Origin: an uncultured Nitrososphaerota archaeon
Lineage (GTDB): Archaea; Korarchaeota; Korarchaeia; Korarchaeales; Korarchaeaceae
Direction of reading: 5' to 3'
Assembly: GCA_964594835.1 (NCBI GenBank)
Contig: CAZQNA010000006.1
Coordinates: 32,001-96,000 of the forward strand
DNA: 64,000 nt
Position 1 is the first letter of the stretch, and each line of letters opens with the position of its first letter. Of the stretch, positions 47,667 through 54,784 are shown piece by piece. A program made the position numbers and the translations under genes. Under the pieces are notes generated by a model. It was not told the DNA's origin. It did not search any database and saw nothing but the letters and a program-made list of their open reading frames with translations.

Positions 47667-48030
47667 CGCTCTCACCTGCCAGTCCTTGGAGGTCTCGGTA
47701 AACCCTTTCAATCAGCTCGAGTTCTTCGGCCGATATCGTGGGGACCACTCCATAATCCCCCCTCTCCCTCAACGACTGAATCTTGGCGATCGTTCTCACG
47801 AGTTCCTCGCTCAGTCCAAGCCTGTCTCTCAGAACCCAGAGCTTAGACAGGAGGCCTGCGTGCGTCTTGGGGGTGGGCTCCCCTGATTTCAGGAGGAGCG
47901 CTCTCGCCAAGTGGAGGATCGCGTAGTATCCCCTGGAGGCTGCGTCCTCTAGGAGGCCCTCGGCCTTCAGTACTTGAAATGCCTTGAAGGCCCTCTGAGC
48001 CCGCCCCAGGTGTAGTTCGTACTCCTTCAA
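47659..48030 (-). CDS. HEPN-domain protein (UPF0332-like)
   Basis: ASRGYYAILH, PKTHAGL, LRERGDY; overlaps the MNT gene. Confidence 0.85.
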   Translation of the reverse strand: MKEYELHLGRAQRAFKAFQVLKAEGLLEDAASRGYYAILHLARALLLKSGEPTPKTHAGLLSKLWVLRDRLGLSEELVRTIAKIQSLRERGDYGVVPTISAEELELIERVYRDLQGLAGESDA

Positions 48031-48090
48031 CCCGACCCATCGATCGGGATGTTCGAGAAATATAATTCGAGGTCTCAACCATACGGGCCG

Positions 48091-49461
48091 CTAGTCCACG
48101 GGTATTCCTGCCTCCTCCCTCGCGAACTCTCTGAACGCGTCGACGTCGTTTCTCCTCGCCCTAGAGGTGGCGGACGTAACCGCCGACCTCACGGCCATGA
48201 GCCTCCTGTCGGGGGCGAGTTCTGGCCTCCTGAGGTAGAGGGCCCTCAGCTCCCCCAGCCCCCTCTCCAGGGGGCGAATGTCGGGCACGTCGCATGCGAT
48301 CTTCACGGCCTCCGGGACGCACCTCCTGCCCCACACCCTCTCAATGTCGAACAGGGCCCCATAGCCCTCCTTGTACGGGTTGATAGGCCTCCCGTAGACC
48401 TCCTCGAAGTACTCCCCCCTGGTCCGCCCGAACGGGTCGTCGTCCGGCGCCAGGTATCGGAGGGTCTCCTCCTCAACTATCTCCTCCCCGAGAGCCGGCC
48501 TGAGTTCCTTGAGGACAGCCAGCTCAACCCATAGGGCGAAACCCTCGTCCACCACGAGCAGAGGATCCCTGGCGGCGGCCAGCCTCTCCTCGGCGGCCAC
48601 CCTCTCCACCCCTGAGATGGCCCTGGCGGCCTCGGCAGCCTCCGAGAGCGACTTGCCCGCCCTAGTGTGCGAGTAGATGAAGCCGTGACCCAGGTACTCG
48701 TGCGCCAGGTGGGCGACCAGTCTGGAGAACCTGGGGACGAGGGACCTCCTGAACTCCGGCCTCAGGCTCGCCTCCTCGGGGTCGTAGAGGAGGAACGCGC
48801 CGAGGCCCGGCTCGGCGAATGGCGTCAGCGGACCGTCCGGCGAGCCCCTGGCGGCCGCGTACTCCCCGAGCGTGAAGTGGATCGGGAAGTCCGGCGGCTC
48901 CAGCCCCAGCCTGTCCCTCGCCACGCCCACGACGACGTCGACCAGCGATCCCAGCTCCTCCGGGCTCAGGGGGGACACCGAGGCCAGGAGCGCGAGCCTC
49001 GCAACCTCGGCCTCCGGTGACCCGGGGGGCAGGGGCCTGAGCCTCACCCTGGACGTGGCGAGGAGGTCCGCCGGGGCGACCCTCGACGCCCCCTCCGTCG
49101 GCCTCTCCACCCCGCCCGAGAAGTACAGCTCGGCGACGGCCATGGCCTCCGAGAGCGTCGGCAGCCCCTCGGGCCGCCCCCTCCCCAGGACCCTGGACTT
49201 CACCCTCTCGTAGGCGTCTCTCGCCAGCTCGGAGCCCACCTGTCTGCCGAACTGCTGGTAGGCGTACTTCGCCAGCTCCTTCAGGAACTCTGCCAGGAAG
49301 TAGGCAACGGGGGCTAGGAGTATCCCCTCAGCCAGGGCGTGGGCCCTGGCCGCCTCCCCTCTCAAGACCCCCTCCTCGGCTATTATGGCCCTCCTGACCC
49401 TCGCGGGAGCCCCGGGGATCAGGGGCAGCCTCCTGACGAACTCCTCTGGATCCTCCCTCAA
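48091..49461 (-). CDS. putative zinc metallopeptidase
   Basis: AHEYLGHG (HExxxH) plus downstream DEGFA third-ligand motif and NPY..GY. Confidence 0.6.
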   Translation of the reverse strand: MREDPEEFVRRLPLIPGAPARVRRAIIAEEGVLRGEAARAHALAEGILLAPVAYFLAEFLKELAKYAYQQFGRQVGSELARDAYERVKSRVLGRGRPEGLPTLSEAMAVAELYFSGGVERPTEGASRVAPADLLATSRVRLRPLPPGSPEAEVARLALLASVSPLSPEELGSLVDVVVGVARDRLGLEPPDFPIHFTLGEYAAARGSPDGPLTPFAEPGLGAFLLYDPEEASLRPEFRRSLVPRFSRLVAHLAHEYLGHGFIYSHTRAGKSLSEAAEAARAISGVERVAAEERLAAARDPLLVVDEGFALWVELAVLKELRPALGEEIVEEETLRYLAPDDDPFGRTRGEYFEEVYGRPINPYKEGYGALFDIERVWGRRCVPEAVKIACDVPDIRPLERGLGELRALYLRRPELAPDRRLMAVRSAVTSATSRARRNDVDAFREFAREEAGIPVD

Positions 49462-49916
49462 GCCCCTCCCTCCACAAGGATCAGGGCCCCCTTCGAGGCC
49501 AGGGACCTGGCGGCCGCCATGACCGCCTCGGGAGGCAGGTTCAGCTCCCTGGAGGCCTCATCCAGGTCGAACCAGCCGCCGGTCCTGTGGAGGTACTCCA
49601 GGAGCCTCCGCTCGGCCTCAGTCGCGCTCACTCCAGATAGCCTCTCCACCTCCGCGGTGAGTTCCTCCACGATCTCTCGAAGCCTCTTGATCTCCTCCTC
49701 GCAGTCTCCCACCGGGGCAGGTGCATCGGCCGGGCGCCCCTCCTCCCCCGCCGCGGCCGGACCACCGGAGGCACCCCCTTCCCTCAGCCTCCGCAGCTCC
49801 GCCTCCAGCTGGGCCACCCTCTCACCCAGCTCGGCGACCTGTCCCTCCAGCTCCCTGATCCTCCTCCTGTACTTCTCGAGCAGGGCCGCGACGGCGGGGG
49901 AAAGTCGGAAGCTCAG
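49458..49916 (-). CDS. coiled-coil protein with C-terminal winged helix
   Basis: Heptad repeats, then ERRLLEYLHRTGGWFDLDEASRELNL..LASKGALILV; probable CTG start after AGGAGGTG. Confidence 0.7.
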   Translation of the reverse strand: MSFRLSPAVAALLEKYRRRIRELEGQVAELGERVAQLEAELRRLREGGASGGPAAAGEEGRPADAPAPVGDCEEEIKRLREIVEELTAEVERLSGVSATEAERRLLEYLHRTGGWFDLDEASRELNLPPEAVMAAARSLASKGALILVEGGA

Positions 49917-49919
49917 ATC

Positions 49920-52013
49920 TCACACCTCCTCAAGGGCTCCCTCCTCCCTCAGCGCCTCTAAAACCTTCCTGGCCAACCCCGGCGAGATCCCCAGGGCCGA
50001 GGCCAGCTCGTCGGGAGAGGCCCTTCCTCCCCTCTCCAGCATCACCTCTAGGGCCCTGACCTTCAGCCCCTCTATCTTGGATGCCCTGAGCCGGAGGGCG
50101 AGGGCTGCCGCCCCTATCACCGCGAGGGCTGCCAGCAGGACCTTCATCGCCGCGCCGACCGCCGATCCCGGTACCTCCACCGTAATCTCCTTGGAGGCCG
50201 CTGGGGACCCCTCCACCAGGAGGGTGACCGTCAGCACGTGAGTCCCCCTCTCCAATCTGAGCTCCGCTTCGAAAGGCACAGCCTCGCCCGTCAGGGTGAC
50301 GGGAATCGAGGTCAGGATCTCTCCACGTTCCGACACCCGCAGCTCGGCCTCGACGGTGAGGTCGGGGGCGGGGGGAGGGTTGAGCCTCACCTCCCCCCTC
50401 AGGGCCAGCTCCCCGGGCTGGGTGGACGAGTTGACTTCGAGGGAGGCTGAGTAGACCCAGACCCTGGCCTCGGCGACGGCGAGCGTATCGCCGTCGTACA
50501 CGAGCTCCACCGACAGCTCGTGAACGCCGGGCTCGAGTTCGAGCTGAACGTCCCTCTCGGCGTCGCCCGAGCTTATGTTCCAAGGCTCCTCCAGCAGGGC
50601 TCGACCCGCCTCGGACACCACGAGCTCGGCGGGGAGCGGCCACCTGGGGTCCGGGGCCGGGGTGAGCTCAGCCCTTACCCTCAGCCCGCCCGATCCAAGG
50701 CTGAGAACGGAGAGAGAGGCACTCTTTGGCGGATGGGGCAGGACCTCGACCTCCACGACCTGGGACGCCACCTCCTCGCCGCCCACTGTGGCCCTCAGGG
50801 TTAGGACGTGGTGCCCCGGGGCGAGGGGGGTCCCGAGGGGTATGTTGAGGGCTCCACCCGAGCCCGACACGGTCGCCTCGGCGGCCGCGACCTCAACTCC
50901 CCCCTCCAGCAGGCTGACCCTCACCGCCACCTGCTCCTGAAGGCTGGGGCTCACCGAGAGGTCCACGGTGACGTTGTCTCCGTACCTGGACACCTCGACC
51001 CCGGAGATCGAGATGGTAGGGCTCACCTTGACGAGGACGCTAACGCTCCAGGTGCCGACGGCCAGGGCCGAGGAGTCGGGGCTCCAGGCCAGCGACTCAA
51101 CCGGTTCGCCAAAGGTCTTCGACAGGACCTCCGTCCCGGTGGGCGTCACGACCAGGAGCTCCCCTCCGCGCCCACCCACGGCCAGCAGGGATCCGTCGGG
51201 GGCCCACTCCACATCCGAAACGGCCGATCCCACAGAGCCCGACCAGACCTCCTCTCCCGAGGGGGTGACTATCCTGACGACTCCGTCGCCCGATCCCGCG
51301 GCCAGCAGGTCGGTGGGCCCCCAGTCCAGGTCCTCAATGCCGGTCGAGGCCAGCCTCAGCAGGAGCACGTCCTCCTCCCTGATTACGGCCACCGTCCCGT
51401 CGGCCGACCCGGCGGCGAGGAGCCCGCCCTCGGACGCGGACAGACATGTGACCGTGGAGTCGAGCCCCGCGATCCTGCTGACGTTCTCCCCGAGCAGGAG
51501 GACCTCGTCCCCGACGGACGCGACCGACCGGTTACCCATCAGGGCCACGTGCGAGACGGTCCCGTTGAGCTCGAACCTCCTCAAGAGGCCGCCCGACGAG
51601 TTGAGGACGACCACCTCTGGACCGGCGGCCGCCGCCACGGTGTCCGGCCTAGAGGCCAGCTCCGAGACCGGCGCCGGCAGCTGAAGGGACCAGGCCCAAT
51701 CTCCGGAGCGCGTGTACGCCCTGACGAGACCGGAAGAGGTCGATGCCACTATCAGGGAGCCTACCCAGGTGACTGAGGTCACCGTGCTCCCGAGTCCCCT
51801 TGCCCAGAGCCCGGACCCGAACTCGCTGAACAGGAAGAGGGATCCCGTGCCGGTCCCGGCGGCCAGTTCCCCGCCGTCGGGGCTCCACGCCAGCGCCTCC
51901 ACCGAACCCCAGGCGCTCTTGCTCCAGGACTCCTCCAGCGTCACCGGACCCGCCGAGAGCTGAGCGGGCGCGATCAGCAGCAGCGTCAGGATCGCGGCGG
52001 CCGCCCTCCCCAT
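49920..52013 (-). CDS. membrane-anchored WD40 beta-propeller/Ig-like surface protein with cytoplasmic winged helix
   Basis: Signal peptide, repeated LAWSPDG/WAPDG blades, beta-rich repeats, TM helix, C-terminal GGRASPDELASALGIS..LREEG. Confidence 0.8.
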   Translation of the reverse strand: MGRAAAAILTLLLIAPAQLSAGPVTLEESWSKSAWGSVEALAWSPDGGELAAGTGTGSLFLFSEFGSGLWARGLGSTVTSVTWVGSLIVASTSSGLVRAYTRSGDWAWSLQLPAPVSELASRPDTVAAAAGPEVVVLNSSGGLLRRFELNGTVSHVALMGNRSVASVGDEVLLLGENVSRIAGLDSTVTCLSASEGGLLAAGSADGTVAVIREEDVLLLRLASTGIEDLDWGPTDLLAAGSGDGVVRIVTPSGEEVWSGSVGSAVSDVEWAPDGSLLAVGGRGGELLVVTPTGTEVLSKTFGEPVESLAWSPDSSALAVGTWSVSVLVKVSPTISISGVEVSRYGDNVTVDLSVSPSLQEQVAVRVSLLEGGVEVAAAEATVSGSGGALNIPLGTPLAPGHHVLTLRATVGGEEVASQVVEVEVLPHPPKSASLSVLSLGSGGLRVRAELTPAPDPRWPLPAELVVSEAGRALLEEPWNISSGDAERDVQLELEPGVHELSVELVYDGDTLAVAEARVWVYSASLEVNSSTQPGELALRGEVRLNPPPAPDLTVEAELRVSERGEILTSIPVTLTGEAVPFEAELRLERGTHVLTVTLLVEGSPAASKEITVEVPGSAVGAAMKVLLAALAVIGAAALALRLRASKIEGLKVRALEVMLERGGRASPDELASALGISPGLARKVLEALREEGALEEV

Positions 52014-52079
52014 CGAGCAACCCGGATCTCCCTCATGTTAAGGGTTATCCGGCGCCGGCCTTCGGACCAGGGTCAGGTG

Positions 52080-52511
52080 TCAGGCGTCCGGGCTGTCCGC
52101 CTTCCTCACGTAGACTATGTCCCCCGCGACCTGATACCCGAGCTTCTTGAAGAGGTTCAGGGAGGGTTGGTTCCACCCCTCGATCAGGGCCGAGATCACC
52201 CGCGCCCCCCTCTCGTGGAGGACTCTCTCAGCCTCCCGAACGAGCGCCGAGGCGATTCCCCTCCTCCTGTAGTCCGGGTGGACCGCCAGCCGGTTTATCC
52301 ACCCCTTTCGACCGTCGAAGGTGGCTATCACAGCCCCTATCAGCCTTCCCCCGTCGTAGGCGCCGATGAAGCCCCAGGGGAACTCCTCCATCTGCCTCCT
52401 CAGGCTCTCCGGGCTGTCCCTTCCCCTCGGCTTGTGCGGCAGGCCGGCCTCCCTCCAGAGCATCAGGAGATCATCGACCTCCTCCCGCGTGATCCTCCGG
52501 AACTCGACCAC
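52080..52511 (-). CDS. GNAT acetyltransferase (YpeA-like)
   Basis: FDGRKGWINRLAVHPDYRRRGIA, N..SLNLFKKLGY. Confidence 0.9.
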   Translation of the reverse strand: MVEFRRITREEVDDLLMLWREAGLPHKPRGRDSPESLRRQMEEFPWGFIGAYDGGRLIGAVIATFDGRKGWINRLAVHPDYRRRGIASALVREAERVLHERGARVISALIEGWNQPSLNLFKKLGYQVAGDIVYVRKADSPDA

Positions 52512-52721
52512 GGGTCATCCCCCTTCCTGCAAGTGGGTTAATTCTTTTCCCGCCGGCCCTGGTGGTGGCGAGAGGGTAGCCTGGTCTGTTGGGCCGACCT
52601 GGGCCTCCTTGAACGCGTTCGCCGCGTGTACTGGAGGTCGCCCCTCACCCCCTGCCCCCCTGCGTCGCGCCAGGGGTGCGTCTGTGACCGCCTATCTCCA
52701 CCGGAGTTCACATGCGTAATA

Positions 52722-52748
52722 TTAGCCCTACGGAGCTCCGTTGGCTAA
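52722..52748. promoter_or_regulatory. palindrome upstream of the heavy-metal ATPase
   Basis: TTAGCC-CT-ACGGAGCTCCGT-T-GGCTAA. Confidence 0.45.
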
Positions 52749-52823
52749 ATTGGGCGTTATAGAAGGAGTTTTTCGCGAGTCACCGCTTATTTCCCGATCC
52801 CCACAGGCTGACTGGGAGAGGTC

Positions 52824-54680
52824 ATGAGCGATCGGGAGGGGGGCCGAGAGAGAGGTCACGATGGCTGGGAGAAGCCGATCTGGCTGGCGATATCAGCAAT
52901 GGCCTTTGGCTCGGCCGCCCTGCACTGGGCGGGGGTGGAGGGCCTCGAGACTTACACTCTGCCCCTGGTCATCGCAGTCATCGGTCTCCACACCCTGTAC
53001 GAGGTGACCTCGAGGCGGGAGCTGGAGATGGAGCACGGGGTGGCCGCCCTTATGATGCTCGTCGGTGTGATCACCCACCAACTGGGACTGCACGTTGAGG
53101 GAGAACTCGTTCTTGGCCTCTACGGAACGGCGGAGCTGCTGGAGCACTACGCCGTGGAGAGGGCGGAGTCGGGGATGAGGTTCCTGATCGAGCTGATGCC
53201 CCGCTCCGCCAAGGTCGTGAGGGAGGGGGAGGTCAGGGAGGTAGATCCCTCCGAGATCCGACCGGGGGACGCTATCCTCGTCGCGCGAGGTGAGAGGATA
53301 CCAGTCGACGGGCTGGTGGTCGAGGGCAGGGGAAGCGTGGATCAGTCCCTGGTGACGGGGGAGCCCCTCCCCGTTGAGGCCTCGGAGGGGAGCTACGTTT
53401 ACGCCGGGTCCCTGGTCGCGGACGGGTCTCTGGTCGTGAAGGCCCTGAGAGCGGGTGGAGATACCCTGCTCTCTAAAATGCTCACCCTAGTGAGCAGGTT
53501 CCGCCGGGAGAAGTCGTCGAGCGAGAGGCTCGTTCACCGCTTCTCTCGGGCGTACCTCCCAGCGATGCTCGCGCTGGCCCTCCTCTCGACGGCCTTCCTC
53601 GGGCTGGAGCGGTCGATAGTGCTCATAGCCGTGGCCTGCCCTAGCGCCTTCCTGGTGGCCGTCCTGGCGACGATGCTCACCTCTCTTGCGGCCTCGGCCA
53701 GGAGGGGAGTCCTCTTCAAGGGAACACCCCCGATGGAGCGGGCGGCCGATGTGAGGGTCGTCGCGCTGGACAAGACGGGCACCCTCACGCTCGGCAGGCC
53801 CGTGGTCAGGCGGGTTGCCAGTCTCGGGGATCTGGCCGAGGATGAGGTCCTCAGGGTCGCGGCCTCCCTGGAGCTCGCGTCGGAGCACCCCCTCGCCAGG
53901 GCCATCGTGGATGAGGCGAGGCGTCGGGGGATGAGGCTCTCGGTCCCGGGGTCGGTGAGGGAGTTCCCCGGGGCCGGAATCGAGGGCGTCGTCGACGGTC
54001 GTGCTGTGGCCGTTGGACGGCCGGGGTTCCTTAGGGGCAGGGGGATCGAGCCGCCCAGCGTCTCCTCAGGGGATATCGTGGTGCTGGTTGCGGTGGACGG
54101 CTCAGTCGCCGGCGCAATCGAGCTCGGCGACGAGGTTAACCCCGACTCGACGGAGGTGGTCAGGCGGCTCAGGTCGGATGGTCTACACGTGGTCGTGCTC
54201 ACCGGCGACAGGAGGGAGAGCGCCGAGCCGATCGTTCGGTCGCTGGGCGTGAGCGAGTTCTACGCCGACCTCACCCCCGAGGACAAGTACAGGATCATTG
54301 AGGGGCTGCGGGAGAGGTACGGCCCAGTCGCCATGGTGGGCGACGGGATAAACGACGCGCCGGCCCTGGCCAGGGCTGACGTGGGGTTCGCTGTGGGGGG
54401 CATCGACGCGGCCATCGAGGCGGGCGACGTGATCCTGGTCTCCGGGCTCAAGAGGCTGTCCTGGGCACTTCAGATCTCCAAGATCACCGTCTCCAAGACC
54501 TGGCAGAACCTCGCGATCATCCTCGCCGCCAAGCTCGCCGCCGCCCTCCTGGGGTTGGCCGAGATCATGCCCCTCTGGGCCGCCGTGGCCATAGGAGACG
54601 ACGGTGGACTCATCCTCACGTCGCTGAACGTGGTCACCGGCCTGAGGAGGGTGATGGCGACCGACGGCCCCCGCGGCTAG
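52824..54680 (+). CDS. heavy-metal translocating P1B-type ATPase (Zn/Cd/Co-like)
   Basis: TGEP, CPS, DKTGTLT, SEHP, TGD, GDGINDAPAL. Confidence 0.9.
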   Translation: MSDREGGRERGHDGWEKPIWLAISAMAFGSAALHWAGVEGLETYTLPLVIAVIGLHTLYEVTSRRELEMEHGVAALMMLVGVITHQLGLHVEGELVLGLYGTAELLEHYAVERAESGMRFLIELMPRSAKVVREGEVREVDPSEIRPGDAILVARGERIPVDGLVVEGRGSVDQSLVTGEPLPVEASEGSYVYAGSLVADGSLVVKALRAGGDTLLSKMLTLVSRFRREKSSSERLVHRFSRAYLPAMLALALLSTAFLGLERSIVLIAVACPSAFLVAVLATMLTSLAASARRGVLFKGTPPMERAADVRVVALDKTGTLTLGRPVVRRVASLGDLAEDEVLRVAASLELASEHPLARAIVDEARRRGMRLSVPGSVREFPGAGIEGVVDGRAVAVGRPGFLRGRGIEPPSVSSGDIVVLVAVDGSVAGAIELGDEVNPDSTEVVRRLRSDGLHVVVLTGDRRESAEPIVRSLGVSEFYADLTPEDKYRIIEGLRERYGPVAMVGDGINDAPALARADVGFAVGGIDAAIEAGDVILVSGLKRLSWALQISKITVSKTWQNLAIILAAKLAAALLGLAEIMPLWAAVAIGDDGGLILTSLNVVTGLRRVMATDGPRG

Positions 54681-54784
54681 GGAAAGGGGGCGGACTCCCA
54701 CGGAATCGGGCGTCGGCCGTCAGGGCGAAGCGCTGGCTTCCCAGCCCGGTGCCATGCCACTCACTCGTCTGAGGGAGGTTGCGA

